Shown piece after piece: positions 34,857 to 45,001 of a DNA stretch of 64,000 nucleotides. Source of the stretch: a virus (taxonomy: Duplodnaviria > Heunggongvirae > Uroviricota > Caudoviricetes); IMG/VR virus record IMGVR_UViG_3300035494_000066; one strand, given 5' to 3'. A model generated the notes under the pieces. That model ran no database searches, had not been told where the DNA came from, and was given only the letters and a program-made list of their open reading frames with translations. The translations under genes and the position numbers were made by a program. Position 1 is the stretch's first letter. Every line of letters begins with the position of its first letter.

Positions 34857-36476
34857 TTACTTGTACGCTGCTAGTCGTTGCCGGATATCACTTAGTGTAC
34901 TAGTGTTGTACATCACACCATTGCAATATCTCAGTTTAAGTTCGCCGGTTGCAGCTTGCTCTTCGGTTTGCTGATCATACAGTACAAAAGAACCGTTTTC
35001 TTTTTCAACTCGCAGCAGACCTTTTGCCGACTTCTTAACGCCAGAGTCTGTAGCAGGGTCTTTAAAGATCTCCCGGCCAACGCCGTCGACCTCGCCGTAT
35101 GTTGCTTTCATTGCGTAGCCCAGGCTATCGCGTGTGTTGTACTGGTATGTATACGACCCGATGCCAAACACAACGTTGGTGCTAGCAAAACCTTTGTCTT
35201 TGAGTCGTTGCATAATTGCATCTGCCCGATCGAGTGTAATCGAATCACCGTAAATCAACCCGATGTGCTCGTCGAGGAGTTTATAACCCATTCCGGTCAC
35301 GGTACCTCCGAACGTGTCCCAAAGACACTCAACTGCTCCCTTAACTTCTGCTTCGCTAAGTTCGACAGAAGAGTTGTAATCATCACTTGGATCAGAGACT
35401 GTTCTAATAACACCGCGATACTTGTACGCTTCGTACTTCTCTTGTACGAGCTCTGGGTAACTTAGCTCATGATTAGCGTCCATGTCGTACATTTTATAGC
35501 CTGTTAGGATTTTAACAGGATCGCCTGAATCAGGGCGCAGTACTACTTTGGACAACCCGATTGCATTCCGGTCCCGTTTCATGATGCCATCTTTCAGTTT
35601 TGGCATGTACTCAGTCACCACTTTCCAGAAATCCCACGTGTCAGACACAACTGACACAACACCAGCTGGGTACAAGTCGAAGATAATACGCCGGAACGTT
35701 TCGATTTCTTCGTCTTTTTGGCCTAGGCACATAACCGAGTGTTCTGTTGCTGGAACACTAATGCCAACAATCTCATTGTCAGAATTAGCACCGTAGTACT
35801 CTTCTAGGTAATCAATTGCAGGAACTGTGTCAGTGCCGATAAACGATAGCAAGTGTCCGGAGCACGAACTTGCAGCATCGTGCAGGCCGCTCATACCGCG
35901 GAAGCTGAAGTCGTGTCCCTGGATTGCACTGAAATCAGTATTGCCTACAGTCTCTAGTGCATAACGATCGATGATACGTCGGTAATCTTTTGCAATAGTA
36001 GCAACAGTCGAAGGCTTCCACAGTTCGGCTGACATTACGCTTTCGATGTAGTTCACTAGCCAGTAAAACTGCGAGTAGCCAGGACTAACATCTACTGTTA
36101 CTGTTGGGATTTTTGCGCCGACCATTTCGCCTTCATCGATGCCTTTGATTGTTAGCGGCAAGAACCCTAGGTCGTGTAGTTCACCGATGTGCTCTACAGG
36201 AACGGCATTCATTCCGAGCGCGTTGTCCAGTCGACGTTTGTATTTTCTTACCACTTTCGCTTTCGGCTTACTAAAAAATGTATCACGCCAGTGATCGATG
36301 AGATACCATTTAATAAAGCCCTGCAGACCGAACACAACAGCAGTGTCACTCGTGCCTTTGTACAGTCGCATAGAACGAGGAGTAAAGTTAGAATACACTC
36401 GGGTAGTACCCGGAGTATATTGCCGGCGATGATCTGCTTTATAAAAATCAATCGCAGTTGGTGCAAATAGGTTCAT
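34857..36476 (-). CDS. nadV: nicotinamide phosphoribosyltransferase (Nampt/NadV)
   Basis: 539 aa. Nampt-like sequence throughout (type II phosphoribosyltransferase). Resembles KVP40-type phage NadV. Confidence 0.75.
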   Translation of the reverse strand: MNLFAPTAIDFYKADHRRQYTPGTTRVYSNFTPRSMRLYKGTSDTAVVFGLQGFIKWYLIDHWRDTFFSKPKAKVVRKYKRRLDNALGMNAVPVEHIGELHDLGFLPLTIKGIDEGEMVGAKIPTVTVDVSPGYSQFYWLVNYIESVMSAELWKPSTVATIAKDYRRIIDRYALETVGNTDFSAIQGHDFSFRGMSGLHDAASSCSGHLLSFIGTDTVPAIDYLEEYYGANSDNEIVGISVPATEHSVMCLGQKDEEIETFRRIIFDLYPAGVVSVVSDTWDFWKVVTEYMPKLKDGIMKRDRNAIGLSKVVLRPDSGDPVKILTGYKMYDMDANHELSYPELVQEKYEAYKYRGVIRTVSDPSDDYNSSVELSEAEVKGAVECLWDTFGGTVTGMGYKLLDEHIGLIYGDSITLDRADAIMQRLKDKGFASTNVVFGIGSYTYQYNTRDSLGYAMKATYGEVDGVGREIFKDPATDSGVKKSAKGLLRVEKENGSFVLYDQQTEEQAATGELKLRYCNGVMYNTSTLSDIRQRLAAYK

Positions 36477-36529
36477 GGATGATCCTTTGGTTTAATTTAA
36501 AAGTAGAGTTGTAAGTAACACAATTAACG

Positions 36530-36841
36530 TTAAGTGCCGCGCGTACCCCAGGTGGGCATTTCGAAGCATCCTTCGAGGTTTTCGATGCGAGTGGCTTCTA
36601 GGTACAAATCTGTAAATTCTTTACCGTATACTTCGTACCATTTTTTGACTTTACCTTCCGGAGCATACATGTAGCTAAAGCAGCAAGCATCAGACCAAAA
36701 TTTTCGGGCTTCGTCAGTGTAGCCGGCGTCGAGGATACATTGTTTGCATCGATTAATAACACCGTCCTCAAACCCGGCCCGGAAGTCTTTTGCAATAAGA
36801 GATGTTAGTAACGGGGTGCAAAGTTTAGCAACTATAGACAT
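36530..36841 (-). CDS. hypothetical Cys-rich protein (103 aa)
   Basis: Minus-strand ORF. Confidence 0.4.
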   Translation of the reverse strand: MSIVAKLCTPLLTSLIAKDFRAGFEDGVINRCKQCILDAGYTDEARKFWSDACCFSYMYAPEGKVKKWYEVYGKEFTDLYLEATRIENLEGCFEMPTWGTRGT

Positions 36842-36860
36842 TGTCGATACCTCTCAGAGT

Positions 36861-37061
36861 TTAGGCTCCGAGTGCGTAGAGTTCGTAGTTGAGTTCTTCT
36901 TGGTAATCGTTATAGCGTACATGGTCGTCTTCTGCAAGCATTGCAACTTGCTTATCAGTTAGCAGCAGGAAGTGATCGAACATGTTAACTAGTGTACCGT
37001 CTTCGTTACGGTCTAGTGCACGGAACTCTTTCATAGTGTACTTCTTAGTACGAGCGTTCAT
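36861..37061 (-). CDS. hypothetical protein (66 aa)
   Basis: Minus-strand ORF. Confidence 0.3.
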   Translation of the reverse strand: MNARTKKYTMKEFRALDRNEDGTLVNMFDHFLLLTDKQVAMLAEDDHVRYNDYQEELNYELYALGA

Positions 37062-37164
37062 ATCGCTGACCTCGTTTCCTTAGTTGATATGCATAGTATA
37101 CAACCAAAGAAAAGAGAAGTCGACTCTTTTTTGGCAAATTAATTAGTTTAATAGAACAGTAGTG

Positions 37165-38076
37165 TTACACTGACGCAACGATCAACTCGATGTTTGCATC
37201 TGCAGCAGAGTCGAAACTGTCTTGGTTAACAAACGTGTTTGTTGTAATAACAGTATCAATCAGGTTACTAAAAGGTTCGAAGCCTTTTGAAAAAATACCA
37301 TGCGGTGCTGCTAGTGTTACACTAGCCGGATTTAGTTCTTGCAAACGTTCTGCAATTTTAATGAACGTCATCCCACCGTCAACTATGTCGTCGTAAATAA
37401 TCACATGTGCAGACTCGACGTCTTCTCTTGCAGCGCGAACCGTAGTACGTACAATCTGACCGTTAGAAACATTCCTAACTTTGTCTGCACAAACAACACT
37501 AACAGTTGGCGCTTCTGCGTTCGTAGTAGCGTTATACGTGTTCCATTTAGTAACAAAGTCGAGTGTACGCTTAGTTGCACCAGCGTCTGGGCTGAGCACT
37601 ACTACGTTTTTCTTGGTTTCGGAATACAAAGAGTTGCCGTATGCAATCAGTTTATTATTCCACTTGGTTGTCATCGTCTCGGTTTCGACATTGTCGATAA
37701 GAGCACCAGTTACGTCCGAGTGAGGCATTAGTGTATACACAACATCAAATCCTAAGGAATTAATGATATTAGCCATCACCTTGATACCAAACGCCTCGCC
37801 TTCGGTGCACACTCGATCCTGTCGGCCGTACGGTACATAAGGCACTTTTAGGACTAGGTGCTTCGGTTTGTATGTTCGCTTAACAGCATCAGTTAGTAGC
37901 ACTAGCGCAACAATATCGCTGGCAGATTTGAGTTCAGCTGTAATAGTTGTTACGTTACTACGACCTAGTAGATTCGGAGTGCACTTCGGATGTAGTTCGC
38001 CGCCTGCAAACTCAATCCATCTAACATCAGCAATAGACCCGTCATTAGTGACTGTAAAGTTAGTTTTAGTTGTCAT
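37165..38076 (-). CDS. prs: ribose-phosphate pyrophosphokinase (PRPP synthetase)
   Basis: 303 aa. PRPP-binding region IIYDDIVDGGMT and Prs-like N-domain. Confidence 0.7.
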   Translation of the reverse strand: MTTKTNFTVTNDGSIADVRWIEFAGGELHPKCTPNLLGRSNVTTITAELKSASDIVALVLLTDAVKRTYKPKHLVLKVPYVPYGRQDRVCTEGEAFGIKVMANIINSLGFDVVYTLMPHSDVTGALIDNVETETMTTKWNNKLIAYGNSLYSETKKNVVVLSPDAGATKRTLDFVTKWNTYNATTNAEAPTVSVVCADKVRNVSNGQIVRTTVRAAREDVESAHVIIYDDIVDGGMTFIKIAERLQELNPASVTLAAPHGIFSKGFEPFSNLIDTVITTNTFVNQDSFDSAADANIELIVASV

Positions 38077-38313
38077 TCTTTTCTCCTACTGTTACACATC
38101 GAACAACTAGCTCGCCGCGGTCGTGACTTTTTAGTCCGTATGTTGTATTGATTTGCTGAATCACTTCTGCACGGAGCGTTTCGCATATGTGCAACGTTGG
38201 AACTGGTGTTACAGAAACACCGCCGTACCCTTTGTGACCAAATGGCGATACCCCTAACGTTACTACTAAAAATATTACCATTGTATTCATGAAGCACCTA
38301 ACACTATTTTAAA

Positions 38314-38928
38314 TTATTTGATAACAGCGTAAAACGTGCCGATTTCGTTTATCAGTGTGTTTGCTAAGTGTTGATAAACAGTGTCTGGGCTGTTGTCAGG
38401 GGTATACTCCTTGCCATCGGCATACGCACTAAAAAAGGTTGTGAACACTGATTTATACATGCCGGCTTCGATTGCAGTGTACAAATCTTTTTGTTCAATT
38501 AGTCCTTCACACACCTTGCGCATAGAGTAAACGTTTTCGTAATAACAAGATGTCATTAGCGGAAAGTTATGTGACTCAAACCCACTAGCGTCGATGGTAA
38601 ATTCGAAACAATCTGCGTTACCTTTCCAGCGAACATTAGTGATACGAGCTAACGATCCTTCTTCGGTCCAATCGTCTTCAAAAAAAGCGTTTTTAGTGAA
38701 GTGGACAATAATATTACGGTTAGTGCGAAGTGCTTCTGCTAGTTCGTCACAGGTCAATGGTGTCTGCGCTAACGTTGCTTCGATAGCGGCCTGAGCCTCG
38801 ACGTCTAGCATTGCACGCAAGGAGTTAATATCATCGCGAATTGCAATAGCACTATTGCTAGCGTCGAGCTTGGCTTCGATCGCATCTAGTGTAGGGATGA
38901 CGTGTTTGATAACATCGATAGTATTCAT
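38314..38928 (-). CDS. hypothetical protein (204 aa)
   Basis: Minus-strand ORF. Confidence 0.45.
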   Translation of the reverse strand: MNTIDVIKHVIPTLDAIEAKLDASNSAIAIRDDINSLRAMLDVEAQAAIEATLAQTPLTCDELAEALRTNRNIIVHFTKNAFFEDDWTEEGSLARITNVRWKGNADCFEFTIDASGFESHNFPLMTSCYYENVYSMRKVCEGLIEQKDLYTAIEAGMYKSVFTTFFSAYADGKEYTPDNSPDTVYQHLANTLINEIGTFYAVIK

Positions 38929-39000
38929 GTAGCTACTCCTGCAAGTGCTATTAATTTATGTATACATTATAGCACCTGCAGGCTAAGAGTAAAGGCCCGA

Positions 39001-39564
39001 TTACTTATTTTTATTGTCTAAGTGAAAAACTCGCCGCACCCAACCGTAGAAGAATTCTTCTTGAGTCTCTCGAGATTCTGTGATGTCTAGTAGGTACGAA
39101 GTTCGAATTGCGTTGAATGCGTATAACAAAACATCCATGCCTTCTTGGCCTCGGGTCTGCTTAAACTCGCCTAAGGTGTATATAGTGATAGGACCTATTG
39201 CGCCATCAGCATTAATGTCTTCGTAATCACGACCTTGTCTGTTCAGCGCGTTTAGTAAGCGCTGCAGAGTCTTAACACTAACTTTAGTGCCTGAGTTGAC
39301 GCCGAAATCAAACATAGCTTCTGCTAACTCCTGGTGTAAGTCTGCAACCTTACTGAACCCGGGGGCATTCCAATAACGTGATGTGTATATCTTTACTGCT
39401 GTTGAGCGAGGCATGTCTCGCATAGGTCCATTATAACCATATGCTCGTGCTACTTTAGCTGTAACACCCCAATTTGTTTCGCCGCCCCGGTCGTTGGGGT
39501 TGTTTACATAACCACCTTCCCTGTCAATTAAATCGTTGATGTATGTTAATAAGTGTGAATTCAT
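39001..39564 (-). CDS. GH108-family protein with PG_binding_3 peptidoglycan-binding domain (putative lysozyme/endolysin-like)
   Basis: N-terminus EGGYVNNPNDRGGETNWGVT is the GH108 signature. C-terminal peptidoglycan-binding-like region. Confidence 0.6.
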   Translation of the reverse strand: MNSHLLTYINDLIDREGGYVNNPNDRGGETNWGVTAKVARAYGYNGPMRDMPRSTAVKIYTSRYWNAPGFSKVADLHQELAEAMFDFGVNSGTKVSVKTLQRLLNALNRQGRDYEDINADGAIGPITIYTLGEFKQTRGQEGMDVLLYAFNAIRTSYLLDITESRETQEEFFYGWVRRVFHLDNKNK

Positions 39565-39568
39565 TGCA

Positions 39569-39916
39569 TTACCTGTTTAGTTCGGGCTCTGATATAAGTG
39601 CGAGCCATGCACTAGAGCCGTAACTTCTGCAGAAGAACTGCTCATTGAAGACATTGCACACATCTTCAAATGTACTTACCGGTTTTCTAAACCCGTATCG
39701 CCCGGTGATCACTAACTCCCCATCTTCATCAGTCAAATACATGCCGCAGTATGTCTCTGCATGCAAGTCGAGAACAACCGCATTGGAGTTAGTCTGTACC
39801 ACTGTTACTGGAATATTACGCTGGATAATATCATTGACCAGGGACGACATCCTTGTGCTCATAGCGATCAGGTTGTTCGAGTTGTCTGTGTAGATAAGCT
39901 GTTCTTGATTGCGCAT
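39569..39916 (-). CDS. hypothetical protein (115 aa)
   Basis: Minus-strand ORF. Confidence 0.4.
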   Translation of the reverse strand: MRNQEQLIYTDNSNNLIAMSTRMSSLVNDIIQRNIPVTVVQTNSNAVVLDLHAETYCGMYLTDEDGELVITGRYGFRKPVSTFEDVCNVFNEQFFCRSYGSSAWLALISEPELNR

Positions 39917-39927
39917 TAGTTACTGCC

Positions 39928-40476
39928 TCATATACCAAAGAAATTATCAAATTTGGAAATATTTTTCTTCCAGCTATCTAAGTCGGATACTATAGCTTTT
40001 TCTGTGACACTAAGATCAGTGTTGCTAGTGTTGGGGAGTTTTGCATGTTTAATAACATTTGAAAAGAATCGTGCATGATCTAGTAGATCTGGACAGCTGC
40101 AGTTCTGCAAGAACTCGTACGGTTTGTGCTCCTCGTCCCATGCGCTATATACCACTAGCTTGTCAGGAATTGCGTTATAACGAGATTTCCAATTCAGTGC
40201 ATGCTCAACTTTAGCTACGTCAACTTGATTAGGGTCGATGTCGAGCGATTCTAATAGATTCCTGTACTTTTTAATCAGATGTGTGCGCGGATCCTTAACC
40301 GCTCTAGGATGGATAATATCGTCAGTTCGTAAGCAGCCGAGTCTATCCAAGTAAACGCCATTGCCTGGCACTGTAAATAGATGAACTAGTACGTCAACTC
40401 GAGTGTCGAAGATTGAGCTATGATTAAACATGCTAGCCTCGACGTACTCTGTTACTGTGTAAAACACTGTTGTCAT
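39928..40476 (-). CDS. hypothetical protein (182 aa)
   Basis: Minus-strand ORF. Confidence 0.45.
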   Translation of the reverse strand: MTTVFYTVTEYVEASMFNHSSIFDTRVDVLVHLFTVPGNGVYLDRLGCLRTDDIIHPRAVKDPRTHLIKKYRNLLESLDIDPNQVDVAKVEHALNWKSRYNAIPDKLVVYSAWDEEHKPYEFLQNCSCPDLLDHARFFSNVIKHAKLPNTSNTDLSVTEKAIVSDLDSWKKNISKFDNFFGI

Positions 40477-40559
40477 ATCGGTACCGATTGCGTTAGTAAA
40501 CGAATGCGTCTATTAGCGCGCCAGCTGCAATTGCTGCAGCTCCAGTAAAAAACGCTACC

Positions 40560-40931
40560 TCAAGTAACTTTATTTTTAACTTTCTCGACAATTGCACAAT
40601 CAGCCACTGTATTAGGAATGGATTGCTGTTTTGGTTTCTTTCTCAGACTGTTTTCGCGCCAAGCTAGACTGTACACTGGCTGATGGTCAGTTAAGTAGTA
40701 CCATCCCGGAATTCCGGACTCGAGCAGTTCTTCGTCTGCATAGAACAAATGAATTACAGTAGCAGAGTCGGTGTCATGGTCGGATCGTGTCTCACCCCGG
40801 ACCATTACTTCTTCCCCGACACTAAACATAGGAGCAGATCCTGCAGGCGGCTCAGACCCTTGTTCGTTGCGTAGGTCGCTCAGTTGCTCTAGTAAACGTC
40901 GAATAATGTCTTCGGAATCATGTAAGTTCAT
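40560..40931 (-). CDS. hypothetical protein (123 aa)
   Basis: Minus-strand ORF. Confidence 0.4.
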   Translation of the reverse strand: MNLHDSEDIIRRLLEQLSDLRNEQGSEPPAGSAPMFSVGEEVMVRGETRSDHDTDSATVIHLFYADEELLESGIPGWYYLTDHQPVYSLAWRENSLRKKPKQQSIPNTVADCAIVEKVKNKVT

Positions 40932-41245
40932 GTTTTTAAACCTTTATTTTTTATATCAATCAATGACTTATTTAAAAGATAGGCAAGCTGCTTGAATTGT
41001 GTAGCAGTGTGCACATTTTGCAAAAGCTGCGGTCTTTTGCCTAGTAGAATCAATAAGTTAGCACTGTTAACAACAGTGTTTTACGGGTTTAGCTTAGTTT
41101 TGTCGTACGGCACTAAGATGATTGAATCTCGCGTCATCCTAGTAGGGTTGCGCAAAAGTTCCTCTCTTGCGCGATCTACACTCTTGCGAGACTGACTCAA
41201 CCGGCTCTTGCACATTAGAATTTTCTTAGCGATTCGGTAGTTCAT

Positions 41246-42259
41246 TTAGCCACCAGTCTTCAGAAGATACTTGTTGCTAATAGCCTTCCAGTGGTGGCCG
41301 CCATTTACTTCCTTGAACACTAGACCTTCTTGCTGCTTCTTGGGATTCACTGTACTAAAGTTCTCAGCGCGAGCTAGTACTTGCTCAATTGTTGCGTCTG
41401 TGTCAAACATGTACTCGGCGTCGACAACCGGAACGTGCTTTAACCCTAGTGTTTTGCACAGTGCAACACGTTCTGCGGCAGGCAGATACTTTCCTACACT
41501 GTAGTCGTATACAGTGTACACATAAAAATCTTGTCCTTTGATTCCGTAGTAGTTGCCCTGAATTCCTTCCCCAACAATCTCACCTTGGAGTGCTAGCGTA
41601 GTCAAGTTGTTGTCTCGCAACCGCTGTTCGATGTTATATGCGCGGGCAACTTTCCAAAGAGAGTTCTTCTCGCTCTCTTTGAGATTTAAGTTTCTGCCGC
41701 AAACGATAAAATCACCATCGGCGTCGATTGCAACTGTCATTGAGCTACCTTCGAGTTTTTCGGTAACTTCGTATGTTAGCTGTTTTAGGTCGCCCCACTG
41801 ACTAGCTAGATTCTGGATTCGTTCTTCATCGGTTTTCGGAATGTAGCCAGGGAACACACCTTTAACTTCGCCCGATAGGCACGCTGGGATAGGCGGCTCG
41901 TATTTGAGGATCCCGAGCATCTGAGTAACGTCATCGCCAACTGCAATGTCCATTTTACTGCGCACCAGTGACATAGGAAGGAGCAGGCCTTGACTCAATT
42001 GGCCGCGGAGTCGCATAGTTCGAAGGCGATAACCTTGCACGCCGGAAAATTCAGTCGGGCCAGTGCCGCGGTCAAGGAATGGCGCAATTTCATGCGGGAT
42101 AAAACTGTCAACTTCACAATAAATTGCACGATCGCCAGCAGTGTACTCGCCTTTGCGAACAACAACAGTCCAACCGTCGATAACAGCACACTCAATCTGG
42201 TCGGCTCCGGGGATGCTGCGAACAGAGTCAATTGTACGAATAGATGCTAGCTTTCTCAT
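41246..42259 (-). CDS. ATP-dependent RNA ligase-like nucleotidyltransferase (337 aa)
   Basis: Motif I-like EKLEGSS (KxxG). Ligase-size protein next to a tRNA-rich region and a Pnk-like kinase elsewhere in the window. Confidence 0.5.
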   Translation of the reverse strand: MRKLASIRTIDSVRSIPGADQIECAVIDGWTVVVRKGEYTAGDRAIYCEVDSFIPHEIAPFLDRGTGPTEFSGVQGYRLRTMRLRGQLSQGLLLPMSLVRSKMDIAVGDDVTQMLGILKYEPPIPACLSGEVKGVFPGYIPKTDEERIQNLASQWGDLKQLTYEVTEKLEGSSMTVAIDADGDFIVCGRNLNLKESEKNSLWKVARAYNIEQRLRDNNLTTLALQGEIVGEGIQGNYYGIKGQDFYVYTVYDYSVGKYLPAAERVALCKTLGLKHVPVVDAEYMFDTDATIEQVLARAENFSTVNPKKQQEGLVFKEVNGGHHWKAISNKYLLKTGG

Positions 42260-42352
42260 TAAGCCTCCTTAATCATTCTAAAAATTGCGTAGGAAATAAT
42301 AGGTCCAAAAAACACAGCCATGATTACCATATCAATGATCATGTCTAACTCC

Positions 42353-42604
42353 TTACACCAAAAATCCCAGTGAACGTGCTTCTTTGATTACTGCTTCGTT
42401 AACATCTTTGTTTGGAAATGTGATGTCTAGCAAGTAATCAACACAGTCTTCTTTCGGTAGCGATTCTTTTAAACTCACCATCTGGATGTCACTGTGGCCG
42501 TTTTTCTCGAGCACTTTGGCTCGCGACTTGCTGTTTGCATAACGCACTTTGTATTCGCCGTTGAAGAAAGAAACACCTACAAAAGAAAAAGTTTTGTCGT
42601 TCAT
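42353..42604 (-). CDS. hypothetical protein (83 aa), paralogue of the interrupted gene at 44615-45001
   Basis: Shares KVRYANSKSRAKVLEKNG-type blocks and an about 100-bp upstream promoter/leader region with the 45001 gene. Confidence 0.5.
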   Translation of the reverse strand: MNDKTFSFVGVSFFNGEYKVRYANSKSRAKVLEKNGHSDIQMVSLKESLPKEDCVDYLLDITFPNKDVNEAVIKEARSLGFLV

Positions 42605-42620
42605 TTTGCTTTCCTCTATC

Positions 42621-42690
42621 GCTTAACTTTATGTTTACATTATAGCTACACAACAAGCCCAGGTCAACACATTTTTTGGTATATTTTTAA
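42621..42690 (-). promoter_or_regulatory. sigma70-like promoter TTGACC-17-TATAAT with conserved leader (cctctatcgcttaactttatg...)
   Basis: Minus strand tgTTGACCtgggcttgttgtgtagcTATAATgtaaacataaagttaagcgatagagg then ATG. Duplicated at 45018-45075. Confidence 0.5.
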
Positions 42691-43013
42691 ATATTTCTAG
42701 CATGTGACACGATACCGAACGCGTCGACGATTTCTTCTACGGTGTACTCTGCTAGCAACACTGTTGCTTTATTCAAGTAACGTCTGCGGGTGCTTCCGGG
42801 TCTCTCCCAGTTTTCGTAGCCCCAGCCGCACTGGTCGATGTGATTTGCAGTACACAAACTCGAATGTAGCAACTCTGCAATTCGTTGCTCCGGAGGAACA
42901 GCTGCCTCGAGTAAAGCTTTACGCTGTTTTTCGAGCTCGACGATATTCTGTTGTGCAAGCTCTATTAGAGCGGTGATCTAGTCGAGCTCTGCTTTAGTGC
43001 GGTCGTTGGTCAT

Positions 43014-43376
43014 TTACGCAGCCTCCAGTTCGGTGCAAACATACGGCTTATTCCAACGGCCGACATTAATGTCGATGTAGTAAGCAGTGTCAAAATAGTC
43101 AGTCATCGCGTCACTGCGATCATACCACCCGGTGCCTTTCATTGCTTTAACAAGCTCGTTAAAGAAGTCTTTTACTTCGCCAGTGTAGTGTTCGTTGATC
43201 CAGTAAGTGTTAACGCCGAAATGGTCTTTGTTAAACTTAAACTTACCTTCTTTAAGAGTAACAACAAGAGTTGAGTGGTTATTAACGGAAATAGTACCTT
43301 TCATGTTGTACTTCTTAAGAACTGCTTTGATTGCAGGAGCAAGTTCTTTTTTACGTTCTTGATTAATGTAAGCCAT
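43014..43376 (-). CDS. hypothetical protein (120 aa)
   Basis: Minus-strand ORF. Confidence 0.45.
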   Translation of the reverse strand: MAYINQERKKELAPAIKAVLKKYNMKGTISVNNHSTLVVTLKEGKFKFNKDHFGVNTYWINEHYTGEVKDFFNELVKAMKGTGWYDRSDAMTDYFDTAYYIDINVGRWNKPYVCTELEAA

Positions 43377-43471
43377 GTCATTTACCTCTTGCTGTTTCTC
43401 TTAGTCACAATTGTATTATAGCTGCTCGAGTGGTCAAGGTCAAGCGGCTACAACACTTTTTTTAGAAAAAT

Positions 43472-44074
43472 TTACGCATTTACGATAAACAATATTCCAG
43501 GTAGGTTAAGGACGAGCAAGCTCCCGAGGTACACAAAGTATGTAGTACCAGTGCTTTCATCGTGTGTGAATTCCCTAGTTGAGAGCAGTGTTAGGCGATG
43601 AGTATATCGAGACTTGAACTTTTTAGTAACAGACCCGTCTTTGTTAGTTGTTTCAGACACCAAAACATCTTCGCGAGTCCGGAACACTCGATTAACAGTG
43701 CGTGTTGCAACTATGCAAAGCACAATCCCGATCACATAAAATGCAACCGTATGGCCGAAAAAATACAACGAGCCTACAATTATTACTAGAATTCCAGCTT
43801 CCGACGTAGCAAACTCAGTTGCAGCTACTCCGATTTGCGAAGCAAATGCTACAATAGCTTTCCCGGCCTCTTCGCCAACTGCTTTCCAATTTGCGATATT
43901 AGTAGCATCTAGGCTAGCAGCACTGTTAGTTGTTTGAGATGCCGCTAGTTCCTCAACTTTTTGAGATATCTGTTCTTTAGTCAGCCTGGTTGTGTCGATG
44001 GTGATAGTTGCAGCATGTGCAGTACTAACCGTCGCTAGGATTGATAGCACGAATGCAATAATATACGTTTTCAT
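43472..44074 (-). CDS. secreted/membrane protein with signal peptide and C-terminal TM helices (200 aa)
   Basis: N-terminus MKTYIIAFVLSILATVSTAHA. Hydrophobic C-terminal half. Confidence 0.45.
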   Translation of the reverse strand: MKTYIIAFVLSILATVSTAHAATITIDTTRLTKEQISQKVEELAASQTTNSAASLDATNIANWKAVGEEAGKAIVAFASQIGVAATEFATSEAGILVIIVGSLYFFGHTVAFYVIGIVLCIVATRTVNRVFRTREDVLVSETTNKDGSVTKKFKSRYTHRLTLLSTREFTHDESTGTTYFVYLGSLLVLNLPGILFIVNA

Positions 44075-44107
44075 AGTTTTTCCTTTTTCCGCTCGTTGAT
44101 GTTTAAT

Positions 44108-44593
44108 TTATAGTGTCCAGTGACCATTGTCGTCGATTAGTCTTAGGATAACATGGTGGCCGACTTTACCTAGTTGAATACCCTTTTTCATCCAATCTTG
44201 AACTCTAGCAATCTTGTCGGGGTTATAGTAGTGATCAGCGCCGTTTGTAATGTCAGCTAGCTTGCCTTGTACCGCAAGATATGCTATTCGGGCAGTCTCT
44301 TTAAAAGATGCTCGATCAGCAGGTTTAGACAAGTTAACGCGAAGTCCTTTGTTGTAAGTAAACTGACCTCCATAATGAATAGTAGTGCACCACGAGTCCC
44401 ACTTTTCAACGCGATCCATTCTATTCTGAATTACGTTAGCAACAACTTGTTTACCTCTGTACCCTTCACCGTTTGCTTCGTAATGAATTGCTTCAACTAA
44501 ACAGAAGTAATCGTTGATCGGCACTTCGAGCGGCTCGCTGTTTGCTAGCAACGCAGCGATTACATAAGTGCCAACAGTTGAGGTATTGATCAT
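44108..44593 (-). CDS. SleB-family cell-wall hydrolase (Hydrolase_2)
   Basis: AIHYEANGEGYRGKQVVANVIQNRM matches the SleB/CwlJ core (EARGE...V..NR). 161 aa. Confidence 0.55.
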   Translation of the reverse strand: MINTSTVGTYVIAALLANSEPLEVPINDYFCLVEAIHYEANGEGYRGKQVVANVIQNRMDRVEKWDSWCTTIHYGGQFTYNKGLRVNLSKPADRASFKETARIAYLAVQGKLADITNGADHYYNPDKIARVQDWMKKGIQLGKVGHHVILRLIDDNGHWTL

Positions 44594-44614
44594 CTTGCAG
44601 TCCTTTGAGTTAAG

Positions 44615-45001
44615 TTACAGCTCAACAAGCTTCAAGTTATTGTTCCAATCTGGCTCAATTGAAAATTTACGTCCAATGTACTTGACTTTCATTCCGTGCG
44701 ATACTGCAATAGCTTTAAACGCCGGCTCGTTGTTGTTTGAAATCACTGAACTCTTTGAGTTGATCCACACAAGCTGGCGACCATTTTCTTTAGCTCGAGC
44801 AGCATCTTCTTCTGGATTGCGGTTTGATTTAAGTGCGCGGGATCACACGTTGCCAGTGTAATACAGCTTAGTGTATGCAGAGCGCTCGGATTTAAGAGCT
44901 AGCACGTCAGCGTCGGAAATCTCCACAAATCCTTCAGTGTCAGCTTCGCGTGAAAAAACACTGAACGCCGGAAAACTAACAAGCAGCATTTCGTTTGACA
45001 T
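44615..45001 (-). pseudogene. paralogue of 42353-42604 interrupted by an in-frame TGA (at 44843-44845); pseudogene or read-through candidate
   Basis: Hand translation 52 aa, then TGA, then 75 aa. The stop aligns with a sense position in the intact paralogue. Same promoter/leader upstream. Confidence 0.4.
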
